This document shows, one piece after another, positions 37,091-45,181 of a stretch of 60,870 nt of DNA. Within the stretch, counting starts at the first letter, position 1, and the number at the start of each line of letters is the position of its first letter. The DNA lies in the IMG/VR virus record IMGVR_UViG_3300045119_000559, positions 1 through 60,870 of that record; one strand, given 5' to 3'. The notes under the pieces are model-generated. The model saw only the letters and a list, made by a program, of their open reading frames with translations. It ran no database searches and was not told the origin of the DNA. The stretch comes from a virus (Duplodnaviria > Caudoviricetes). The translations under genes were made by a program, and so were the position numbers.

Positions 37091-38356
37091 CTAGAGGCCC
37101 GTCCAGGCGTTGATGACGCCACTGCCGCCCATCGACAGGATGTAGATGCTGCTGCCAGCGGCGGGGAAGCCCGCGGTGCTGGTGCACTCGATCGGTACGT
37201 TCACCTGCGTGGCGAGGAACGTCTGCAGGGTGCTGGTGCGCAGGGCAGTACAGGCGGTATTGCCGGTGCATGCAGTCGTGGTACATGACCCGAAGCCCGC
37301 CGTGTACGTCATCGTCGGGGTCTTATACATCTGCACAGGGAAGGGCAGAATGCCCTCCGCGAGCGATGTGGTGGAGGTGAAGCCCCCGGCGATCACCGCA
37401 CCGGCACCGGCGCCCTCGGAGAGCTTGTAGAAGTACTTCAGCGCTGCCGCGGCGTCCTTCTCCTTCGGCTGGACCTCGAACAGCGACGCCACGCCGCTGC
37501 GCTCCAGCTGCGCCCCGGTCCAGGCGAAGCCATCCGTGGCTCCGCTGCCGGCAGCCGTCGGGGTGAAGCAAATCTCGACACCGACCTCGGTCGCCGTGGC
37601 GGGAATCGTGACAGTGGTGCTATACCTCGCGAAGGTCGTGGAGACCGAAAGCGAGGTGTTGACCACCGTGGTGATGCCGGTCCAGGCGGGGGTGATGGCC
37701 GGCGAAGCCGTGGGCGTTGCATTGAGGCCTTCATCGGTGCCGGTGCCGCTGATGACGATCATGTTCACTACATTGCCGTTGTCGGCCGAAAGGCCGGCCA
37801 AGGCGGCAATGTATGCGCTGAACGTCACGACCTGCCCAGCGAGCTGGGTGGCATCGGGCGTGGGCACAGCCGACATGACACACACGGGTTGCGTCAGTGC
37901 GCCCGAGGTGCGGAACACCTTCATCACATTGGTGAAGCCCGCAGGCGGCGACGGCGACGAAGTCACGATGGCCGTACGGCCAGCGCCTACAGCGACATTG
38001 GCGATGCAGCCCCACCGATCGGCCGAAAGGCCCGTGGTGGCAATCGCCGCGTTCTGGGCACATGTGACCGTGCCAGTGCCGTTGGTATTGGTGATGTTGA
38101 GCGCGCCGTTGCCGAGGAAGTTCCTCGGGGTGCCCCAGGTGGCACCGATGGCACTCGATGGGATCGTCACGGTCTGCGGGAACGCCCCACCGGGGAGGAG
38201 GGTGTCGGCTGGTACGTTCTCATTGCCCGTGATATACGGGTAGCCGGGAGACGAGCCTGGCGTGGGGTAGCCGGGGAACTGCCCCGCCGCGTACGCGGCC
38301 GTTGCCGCCACCATCGCGAGCGCGCCGAGGGCGCCAAAAACCTTACGCCTGTGCAT
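37091..38356 (-). CDS. exported beta-sandwich (CBM-like) virion-associated protein with RR-containing signal
   Basis: MHRRKVFGALGALAMVAATAAYA|AG; RNFLGNGAL.I, ADRW, LAGQVVTFS, TTFARYS.T..IP, GAQLE...ASLFE, KYFY; RBS GGAG. Confidence 0.7.
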   Translation of the reverse strand: MHRRKVFGALGALAMVAATAAYAAGQFPGYPTPGSSPGYPYITGNENVPADTLLPGGAFPQTVTIPSSAIGATWGTPRNFLGNGALNITNTNGTGTVTCAQNAAIATTGLSADRWGCIANVAVGAGRTAIVTSSPSPPAGFTNVMKVFRTSGALTQPVCVMSAVPTPDATQLAGQVVTFSAYIAALAGLSADNGNVVNMIVISGTGTDEGLNATPTASPAITPAWTGITTVVNTSLSVSTTFARYSTTVTIPATATEVGVEICFTPTAAGSGATDGFAWTGAQLERSGVASLFEVQPKEKDAAAALKYFYKLSEGAGAGAVIAGGFTSTTSLAEGILPFPVQMYKTPTMTYTAGFGSCTTTACTGNTACTALRTSTLQTFLATQVNVPIECTSTAGFPAAGSSIYILSMGGSGVINAWTGL

Positions 38357-38438
38357 CTTGCTTACTCCGTGTGCCCCCGGTGCAAGGGATCAGGTCGGGA
38401 CGAGTGGCCGGGGCCACCAGCACCGACGCTACTCGGTG

Positions 38439-38699
38439 TTACTTCAGCGACTTCACGGCGTCGCGCAAGGACTCGCTACCGGCGTTGGTGCCCTGGCCCT
38501 CGATTTCACTCAGCCGCGGGCGCTCCGCGTGGTATTCCTCGCGCCGGTGGTAGCCAGTACGGTCGCTGCGCGAATGGCAGGACACCCAGCCGTTGTCGAT
38601 CTTCCGCACGTCGATGCTCATGCTCTCGCCCATATCTTCGCGAGAGCCTACGGGGGCTGTGGCGATCACATCGACGCTACTGCGACTGCGCTTTCCCAT
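38439..38699 (-). CDS. hypothetical protein
   Basis: SIDVRKIDNGWV...EEY..ERP; start could also be 38633. Confidence 0.55.
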   Translation of the reverse strand: MGKRSRSSVDVIATAPVGSREDMGESMSIDVRKIDNGWVSCHSRSDRTGYHRREEYHAERPRLSEIEGQGTNAGSESLRDAVKSLK

Positions 38700-38717
38700 A
38701 CCACTTTGCCCTTGCTG

Positions 38718-38897
38718 CTACCGCCCACCCTGCAGGATGAAGCCGAAGTTGTGCCAACCGAGGAGGAACAGAAGTACCCACAGGAACAAGCCCGTCATGT
38801 ACGGACCGCGGACTCCGCCCCAGCCCCACCAGCCGACACCGACGTAGCCGAGGAGCCACAGGAGCATCAATATCCAGAAGAGGAAGCCAATCGGCAT
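38718..38897 (-). CDS. 59-aa Trp/Gly-rich two-TM membrane protein
   Basis: Translated by hand: MPIGFLFWILMLLWLLGYVGVGWWGWGGVRGPYMTGLFLWVLLFLLGWHNFGFILQGGR. Confidence 0.7.
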   Translation of the reverse strand: MPIGFLFWILMLLWLLGYVGVGWWGWGGVRGPYMTGLFLWVLLFLLGWHNFGFILQGGR

Positions 38898-38901
38898 GGC
38901 G

Positions 38902-39120
38902 CTAGCACCCGTGCTCGTTGCGCTTATGCCCGAACAGGCGGCCCTTCATGTCCGGCGTGGGGCCTAGGTGCGTCAGGCCGGCCTTCGCCGAAGGCGGCGA
39001 GGCGATGCGGGTGCTCGGCCCGTGCTTCCCACGGTCCTTGCCACTCATCTCCATGCGATCGTGCGGCTTCGGGAGGGCGTTTTCGCCCCCTTCGGGGCTC
39101 TTGAGGTGCTTGCCGCGCAT
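38902..39120 (-). CDS. small basic/hydrophilic hypothetical protein
   Basis: RBS GGAG before MRGKHLKS; TTGACA upstream at 39195-39200. Confidence 0.55.
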   Translation of the reverse strand: MRGKHLKSPEGGENALPKPHDRMEMSGKDRGKHGPSTRIASPPSAKAGLTHLGPTPDMKGRLFGHKRNEHGC

Positions 39121-39233
39121 ATCAGGGGGCTCCAGCAGTGCGGGATGGGCGCGCGTTGCGCTATGCCGGCATATGATCGCGCCTGCGCGGGCGCTGTCAA
39201 CGCCTACGGCGTCGCAATGGCGTTGGTGTGGCC

Positions 39234-39485
39234 TCAGCAACCACCAGCAGCTATCTCCCCGCCCGGTCCGGGCCTATTTCCGTCGTTTAACGGGATTGGA
39301 AATCGAGGATGTACTGCATTTACAATGCAGGGACCGAAATGGTCCGTATATTCGCGCAATTCAGCGTTGCTCATGTATCCTGCACGCTTCCCGCAGTCTA
39401 CACACTCGCCCCACATGCCTGTTTCATCACTCGCAGGGCGAAACGGGCACATTTGAAGCCAACAGCGGATGAATCTGAACATCAT
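39234..39485 (-). CDS. small Cys-containing hypothetical protein
   Basis: C...C...CVDCGK. Confidence 0.45.
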   Translation of the reverse strand: MMFRFIRCWLQMCPFRPASDETGMWGECVDCGKRAGYMSNAELREYTDHFGPCIVNAVHPRFPIPLNDGNRPGPGGEIAAGGC

Positions 39486-39694
39486 TTCCTCACTGACTGT
39501 CCGAACAGGAACCCCAGCGCGAGGCTCAAGAAGTCGCTAACTGCGTCCAGGGCGTCTTTCTTCGTCACCCCGGCATCGTTCGGCGCGAAGAACAGCACTG
39601 CGGTGAACAAAACGAGTGCCAAGAGGGTCACCAGCGCTGCTGTGTTGCCGGGAAGGTGCGCCGGATCGCCGAAGATGCGGTTGAGCCAGCCCAC
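39482..39694 (-). CDS. small two-TM membrane protein
   Basis: Hydrophobic helices ending LALGFLFG. Confidence 0.6.
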   Translation of the reverse strand: MGWLNRIFGDPAHLPGNTAALVTLLALVLFTAVLFFAPNDAGVTKKDALDAVSDFLSLALGFLFGQSVRK

Positions 39695-39695
39695 T

Positions 39696-40196
39696 CTACG
39701 GTGCCCCTTTGCCGATGTAGTGCCACGTCGGTATTTGCGAGCCCCCGAGCGCCACGCGCAGCGCGGTGCGGAAGTCCCCGTACACGAGCGTTGGGTCGCT
39801 ATCTCGGGTCAAGTGGCGAGTGACGACAATGCCGGCGACGTGGCGGCCGTACGCAGCACCGACGACAGGCATGTACAGCGTGCGCAGCGACTGCCTGGCA
39901 CTCGTGGTGTCGGTGAGTTTGCACTCCAGCACCACCCAGGCATCGACGTTCTCGATGTGCAAGAGCACATCCGCCTGGCAGTACCCGCGACCGTTGGCGT
40001 CGATGTAATCGAACCACTGCCCAATGTGCCATCTGCTCGATGGAAATGCCCCCTTGAGGGCCTTGGCCACCGTGCGCTCGTACCGAATGCCGAGGGCCTT
40101 AACGCCGCGTGGGCGGCCGATAGGGATGCAACGCGGCCGAGGGCACGGTTCGGCGCGCAGGAGGTCCGCAACGCAGCGTTTTGCCTCAGCTGCCAC
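39696..40196 (-). CDS. PD-(D/E)xK nuclease-like protein
   Basis: G.RYE, CQADVLL...VLECKLT, Y.PVV. Confidence 0.6.
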   Translation of the reverse strand: MAAEAKRCVADLLRAEPCPRPRCIPIGRPRGVKALGIRYERTVAKALKGAFPSSRWHIGQWFDYIDANGRGYCQADVLLHIENVDAWVVLECKLTDTTSARQSLRTLYMPVVGAAYGRHVAGIVVTRHLTRDSDPTLVYGDFRTALRVALGGSQIPTWHYIGKGAP

Positions 40197-40875
40197 CGCC
40201 GGAGTCCCATTTATCGCATACGTACTCGGGCGCTATCTTGCCCTTCACCCAGGTGCAGAGCCCCGTGCGGGGCAGGAACATGCCGCACGAAGCGCATGCA
40301 CGGGTATCGCGGCCCTCCTCGCGGTAGCGGACCTCGGCCTGCGTGAACTGCGACTTCGCCCGCACGCGCTCCATGTGGGCGAGCAACTTGCCGCCGTACG
40401 GATACAGCGCCAAGTCCCGTGGTACACGCGTGATGCGCTCGTGCTCGATCGGCGCGTACTCGGGGTGCAGGGCACCTCGATAGGTCTGCCAATCATAGCC
40501 AGCGCTGACTACCGCATATTGCTCCGCCGCTGTGGCGAGATGGTGGCACGGCTCGTACTTGCGATACTCACGCAGGCCTGCTTCGGCCTTTGCCTGCAAC
40601 TGCGCCTCGTGCCAGATGGCCTCCTCGATGGCCTCATGGACTTCGAGGAACTTGTCCAGCGGAATTCCGCTCACCTCCGCGGGGAGGTCCTTGTCCACAT
40701 AGACATACAGCCCATCCTCGCTAATACCGGCGAGATACGGAATGGTGAAGGTGCGCAAGATGCGGCGCTTGCGACCGATCCGTGCGCCGATGGCGGGGTA
40801 CTTCAGCAGCAAGGCGCGCAAGCGCGGCAACGAGCCGGGGGCATCATCATACAGTGAATGATCCCCGCTGGCCAT
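40186..40875 (-). CDS. protein with HExxE/H-rich domain and C-terminal HiPIP-like 4-Cys domain
   Basis: IPYLAG.S, VHEAIE, HHLA; C-terminal AEVRY...CASCGMF....LCTWVKGKIAP..VCDKW. Confidence 0.6.
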   Translation of the reverse strand: MASGDHSLYDDAPGSLPRLRALLLKYPAIGARIGRKRRILRTFTIPYLAGISEDGLYVYVDKDLPAEVSGIPLDKFLEVHEAIEEAIWHEAQLQAKAEAGLREYRKYEPCHHLATAAEQYAVVSAGYDWQTYRGALHPEYAPIEHERITRVPRDLALYPYGGKLLAHMERVRAKSQFTQAEVRYREEGRDTRACASCGMFLPRTGLCTWVKGKIAPEYVCDKWDSGGGS

Positions 40876-40877
40876 GG

Positions 40878-41099
40878 CTACGCCAGCCTGCCGGGGCGCA
40901 ACGTCACAAGTTGATCTGCTGAGGGCGGCGCGTCGCGCCTGAGCGGATCGCGCGCTCGCGCATCCTCGATGTGCGCGTTGTACCATGCGAGCATGGCATC
41001 AGCGTCGCTGAGCACCGTGGCGACCTGCCCATCGTCGTTAATGCGCGTGGCGCAATCGATGCACATCGTCAGCGTGGCGCGGTCGCCTAGGGCGCTCAT
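40878..41099 (-). CDS. hypothetical protein
   Basis: ATGA-coupled ORF. Confidence 0.5.
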   Translation of the reverse strand: MSALGDRATLTMCIDCATRINDDGQVATVLSDADAMLAWYNAHIEDARARDPLRRDAPPSADQLVTLRPGRLA

Positions 41100-41341
41100 C
41101 GGTGCAAGTGCTCCATATCATGCAGGACCTTACGGATATCCGCGGGCTTGATGCCCCTGCAGGAGTTATCCGGCAATAGCTCGTCGATTTCCGCCTGCAG
41201 TTGCTCCTGTGTCACCACCCGCGTAGCGCGCCACTCAGCCATCTGGCGAGTGACAGGGTCATCACACACAGCGCCGCCGATGGTGCCATCGCAGCTGGCG
41301 AGCATTAGTGCTGCGCCGATCGCCGCGCAAAGCGCCCTCAC
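41096..41341 (-). CDS. putative lipoprotein
   Basis: MRALCAAIGAALMLAS|C lipobox. Confidence 0.55.
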   Translation of the reverse strand: MRALCAAIGAALMLASCDGTIGGAVCDDPVTRQMAEWRATRVVTQEQLQAEIDELLPDNSCRGIKPADIRKVLHDMEHLHR

Positions 41342-42075
41342 TGCTCGTCCTCCGTGCTGCTTGCGTCGGGCGACCCGATCAGGCCTAAGGGGCCTGCTGG
41401 CGCCTGCGGCGAGGTGATCTGCGGGAATGCGTGGCCAGAGCCGCCGGTGATGAGGGCCTCGTCTCCATCGAGGGTCAGGGCGAGTTCGGGCGTGCCGGCC
41501 TTCGGGGTGACGCAGGAGATGGTGAGGTGCAGGCCAGGGCCGGTGCCGTTGGTGCTGCCGCGCGCACCGCGCCGCTCTGCCGCAGGCCCGATGAACTCCG
41601 TGACGATCTCCTTCAGCTGCGTGTTGGTGAATTTCTCCGGGGCGTCTTCAAGGCGATCCAGTAACTCCTCCGCTGCGGTCATCCCCACTACTGCCAGCCG
41701 CGAGGCCGCATCACCGAACTTCGCGTCATGGAGGTCCTTATAGTGCGCCACGAGGTCCATGAAGCCCTGGTCGCTCGACTGCAGGCGATAGATGGTCGTG
41801 AGGGCGTGGCCGGTGAGGGCGCTACATTCGGCGGGGGACTTGCCGAGGGCGATAAGGCGGGCGAGCATATGATGCGAGTACCGTAGCCGCGCGAGCTGTG
41901 GGGCGCCGGTGCCGAGGGGGGTAGTGTTGAGGGTGTGAATGTCATCCGGCGTGAGGTCGCGCAGATATGTGAGGTGAACATCGACTTCCCGCGCCTTGCG
42001 CGTGCCGGGGCCGCCGGCGAAAGCCTCCAGCCCGAGCAACGCGATGTCGTCGAGAATCTCGCCGGTGCGGGTCAT
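41338..42075 (-). CDS. HTH protein, candidate terminase small subunit
   Basis: HHMLARLIALGKSPAECSALTGHALTTIYRL..DQGF HTH followed by helical oligomerisation-like region; near the start of the late operon. Confidence 0.5.
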   Translation of the reverse strand: MTRTGEILDDIALLGLEAFAGGPGTRKAREVDVHLTYLRDLTPDDIHTLNTTPLGTGAPQLARLRYSHHMLARLIALGKSPAECSALTGHALTTIYRLQSSDQGFMDLVAHYKDLHDAKFGDAASRLAVVGMTAAEELLDRLEDAPEKFTNTQLKEIVTEFIGPAAERRGARGSTNGTGPGLHLTISCVTPKAGTPELALTLDGDEALITGGSGHAFPQITSPQAPAGPLGLIGSPDASSTEDEQ

Positions 42076-42513
42076 AGCGGCGCAGCGACAGTGGTGAGGT
42101 TAAATGGAAGTACTTCGCGCACGGTGAAAGCCTTTGGCAACCTGATGCAACTGCGTACCGAGTTTGCTCTGCGTCTGCGCGAAGGCTTCGTCGTATTGGT
42201 GGTCGATGTGCTGCAGGGATGCGTTTGAGTCCTTCCACAAGCGCACCGACTCGCGCGTGATTTGCGAAACGCCGAGGAGGTTCCCAGCACCAGTGCTGCC
42301 ATACATCACCGCATCGGCGACCTGCTGCTGCAGCTTGTCGATCATCAGCCCCATGATGCGCGCGGCGCACTCGTCGAGCGTGAGCCAATCGCGCGCTGCG
42401 AGCGCCCTGACGGGCATGATATTCGTCGCCTTGACGATCGCCGGGGCGAAGATGAAGAGCGCGCCGAGGCCAGTGATGAAGCCGCGCCGATGCAGGGCAG
42501 GCGAGTCGATCAT
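42072..42513 (-). CDS. twin-arginine-leader protein built from coat-protein fragments (frameshift near 42147)
   Basis: HRRGFITGLGALF..APAIVKA leader; ITRESVRLWKDSN..QHIDHQYD..FA.T..K.GT matches the MCP N-terminus; the match continues as IRLPKAFTVR in another frame. Confidence 0.7.
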
Positions 42514-42761
42514 TATCTGGTTCCTAAGATTTTCTTGCTATCTGCTTCAGATGCGCGCACCGCGCCGGACTGCAAGGGCTCATATGAGCTGTGATCTCCG
42601 GGTACGTTCTCGTGGTGCTTGAACATGCACTTGCGGCAGAAGTACACATGAGCATAGTACACGTAGTGCGCGCCGCTGCCTGGGCGTAAATGATCGCTAA
42701 TTGCTGCGACAAGACCCTGATACTGGAAGTCGTGGTCTAAGCCTTGGTCTTGGCACTGCAT
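42513..42761 (-). CDS. small Zn-ribbon-like protein
   Basis: C.....HDF...YFCRKC. Confidence 0.55.
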   Translation of the reverse strand: MQCQDQGLDHDFQYQGLVAAISDHLRPGSGAHYVYYAHVYFCRKCMFKHHENVPGDHSSYEPLQSGAVRASEADSKKILGTR

Positions 42762-42765
42762 CGAG

Positions 42766-42999
42766 CTATAGCTCCCTCACGATGTTCACCTGCGTCACGT
42801 AGCACCGGCCCAGGAGGTCCATGCCGGTCGAGACGCTCATGTGGAAGTTGTGCTTCCGGGCCTCCTCGAATATACGGCACACTGGCTCGTATGCCTCTAG
42901 CACGCGCTTGCGCAGATCCGCGGCGAGTTGCACGTCGGTCTGCGTGGCGGGAGCAAGCCGGGTGATGTTGGATGGCTCGGGGGCGGGGATGTCGGTCAT
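42766..42999 (-). CDS. hypothetical protein
   Basis: Downstream of the TTGACG promoter-like site at 43007-43036. Confidence 0.6.
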   Translation of the reverse strand: MTDIPAPEPSNITRLAPATQTDVQLAADLRKRVLEAYEPVCRIFEEARKHNFHMSVSTGMDLLGRCYVTQVNIVREL

Positions 43000-43123
43000 G
43001 GGCGGCGGTGTAGCATGCGCGGCGCGGTGGCGTCAAGGCTGCTGTGGTGGGCCGCGCCGGGGAGGTGCACAACGTGGCCCCAGCGGCGCGGCCCCGGTAA
43101 GGTGACGGCAGACGATGCAGGCG

Positions 43124-43363
43124 CTATGCCGCGAGCCCAGCTTCGCCCGCTTCGCCGCCGAGAGCATCGTAACGCACCGTAGCGGGCTCTGGCAGCCCGC
43201 GAGGGCCGTAGACGAACGCCGTGCCGTTGCGGACGAAAGCCACAGTTCGCACCACGCCCTCGGACGTAACCACGCGCTGGCCGGGGAGGGCGGTTGTGCC
43301 GGGGCGCCCCGTGGTGCGGGATCGCAACAGGACGCTACCATTGGCGCGATGCATTACAGACAT
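43124..43363 (-). CDS. hypothetical protein
   Basis: RBS GGAG; own promoter at 43398-43426. Confidence 0.55.
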   Translation of the reverse strand: MSVMHRANGSVLLRSRTTGRPGTTALPGQRVVTSEGVVRTVAFVRNGTAFVYGPRGLPEPATVRYDALGGEAGEAGLAA

Positions 43364-43397
43364 GGAATTTCTCCAACGATTTCCAACCATTGCCCAC

Positions 43398-43426
43398 ACC
43401 ATACCACGGCCGTAGGCCCGTGTCAA
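43398..43426 (-). promoter_or_regulatory. sigma70-type promoter
   Basis: TTGACA-N17-TATGGT with palindromic spacer. Confidence 0.7.
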
Positions 43427-43608
43427 GCGATACGTTGTGGCGAGCGACGGCGCAGCCGTCCCACAATGTGGGCTCGCAGTCTTAGCGATCGCACAGAGGT
43501 CGCTTCTATGCCACGTAACTGGCGATCCCTTATGGCCAGTACCCCCGGTCGCCTACAGCGACGAGCGCTTGCAGCGCGAGGGGAGGGCGCCGCAACGCCC
43601 TCGTCGCG

Positions 43609-43791
43609 TCAGTCATACATCGCTGCTCGTATCGCCTCGTTCGCTACCGTTGCAGGCCTTGCTCCTTCCTCATACCTGTCTGCGTAGCAGTAGTCAGGCA
43701 GATCATCGTAGCTCATGCCTGTCTTTGCCCGCACCACTGCATCGACCTTGCGCAGCCAGTCGCGAAACTTTGCCTCGTTCCAATCCGACAT
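43609..43791 (-). CDS. hypothetical protein
   Basis: F.DW...VD.......G.S.DDLPD..Y.D.YE.G..P pattern typical of small phage early proteins; RBS AAGGGA. Confidence 0.65.
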   Translation of the reverse strand: MSDWNEAKFRDWLRKVDAVVRAKTGMSYDDLPDYCYADRYEEGARPATVANEAIRAAMYD

Positions 43792-43874
43792 GCTCTTTCC
43801 CTTTTCCCGTTACCGGCGCGGTATCCGCGCGCCCACTGTGTGATATTCCCAGGCCTGTCCGATCCAACTCGCGC

Positions 43875-43903
43875 ACTATAGCACAACGCGCGGCGCGATG
43901 CAA
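43875..43903 (-). promoter_or_regulatory. sigma70-type promoter
   Basis: TTGCAT-N17-TATAGT; near-duplicate of the promoter at 44861-44889. Confidence 0.65.
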
Positions 43904-44117
43904 GCACAATCTTTGTGCACCAGTGCTGCGGCGTTGCCGCGATGCACATGCGGGGTGCATGTGCGCTCGTGGCGGGCGTTGCGCCGACCCTATGTCGCGG
44001 GCCGAATGGGGCGCGCCGGGGCAGCGCGCCCCATGGGTGCGATTTGGCGCAATCGGCCTATACCGATGTCGCGGGCGTCCGTCGCGTGTTAGCACCCCGC
44101 GCGGCGATTGCGTCGCG

Positions 44118-44549
44118 TTGCGCACAATGTCGCGCACTATACCGCGCACATGGATTTGCGTATCCCAGGGGTCTCGTCGGTCCCCGGTGCGTGGGCGCAG
44201 CGCGCCGTCCCACCATCGCCGCGACGAGCGTGGCCCCATGCCTGCGCCGCGCCGCGCGTGCGGTCCAATCTGTGCCCTGCGTACCACACCCCTCGACCCC
44301 TACCCTCAGATTGTGGCTTTTCTGTGTCATTATTTTTATATTACAGACAGACAGCCCTACGGCACACGCGCGGGGGGACGGGGAGGGGCCTGGCATGCCA
44401 AAATCCATGTGCGCAGCACGGTGCGCAGCATTGTGCGCATGCCGCGCGGTGCGCGCCAAATCCCGTGCAATTCCAACCACATACCGCACTGCGCAATAGT
44501 CCTGTTTCGGACCTATTGCGCATGTGCTGCGCACCATACCGCGCACATG
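44118..44549. repeat. iteron-like repeats and inverted repeat around an AT-rich core (candidate origin/terminus)
   Basis: GCGCACtATACCGCGCACATG at 44132-44152 and 44529-44549 (20/21 identical); inverted copy at 44406-44426; AT-rich 44318-44344. Confidence 0.6.
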
Positions 44550-44563
44550 TTTTCGCTCGCCCA

Positions 44564-44821
44564 TCACGGCAACGCAACAGGCTTAATCACCACAATTTGC
44601 GCCTCGACGCCTGCGCGCAGCACATCATACAAATCCCGCGCAACACGCGATCGCATCGACTCCATAGCCCTCGCGATCCGCGCCCCTGGCGCACTGCTAT
44701 CCGACCACGTTGGCGCAACAGCCCGCGCAAAGTCCTTCAGGTCCTGTTGATCGGCGTACTTGGGCGCCCAATCGGGCGCGATCAGGTCCAATGCCTTCAT
44801 AAGTTTCTCGATATCATCCAT
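44564..44821 (-). CDS. hypothetical protein
   Basis: RBS GGAGG; own promoter. Confidence 0.6.
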   Translation of the reverse strand: MDDIEKLMKALDLIAPDWAPKYADQQDLKDFARAVAPTWSDSSAPGARIARAMESMRSRVARDLYDVLRAGVEAQIVVIKPVALP

Positions 44822-44860
44822 GGCGTCAGCCCTCCATATCGTGTTGCATTCAACTCGCGC

Positions 44861-44889
44861 AATGTAGCACATGCGCGGCGCGCACGCAA
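44861..44889 (-). promoter_or_regulatory. sigma70-type promoter
   Basis: TTGCGT-N17-TACATT with GCATGTG in the spacer. Confidence 0.6.
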
Positions 44890-44892
44890 GCA

Positions 44893-45126
44893 CTATTTCT
44901 CACGCCGCACAACACCATCAGCAGAAACGTTCGCCAATGCGACTGCATCCTCGAAGCGTGCATAGTCGAAGCGCCCGTCCCCAAATTCTGTGCATACCAG
45001 GGCGATTTGATCCAACACGGTTTCCTGCACCAGCGCCCGCGCCGCGAATGGCACGCCTTCAATTGCAAGGGACTTATCAATCGCACCGATTGCTTTCGCA
45101 AGGCGAATGAAGTGGTGTTTGTGCAT
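44893..45126 (-). CDS. hypothetical protein
   Basis: MHKHHFIRLAKAI...RFDYARFEDA; RBS GGAGG. Confidence 0.65.
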   Translation of the reverse strand: MHKHHFIRLAKAIGAIDKSLAIEGVPFAARALVQETVLDQIALVCTEFGDGRFDYARFEDAVALANVSADGVVRREK

Positions 45127-45152
45127 GGTGAAGCCTCCAAGTTGATAGCGCG

Positions 45153-45181
45153 ACTATACCACGGTGCTGCGCATGTGTCAA
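45153..45181 (-). promoter_or_regulatory. sigma70-type promoter
   Basis: TTGACA-N17-TATAGT. Confidence 0.75.
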
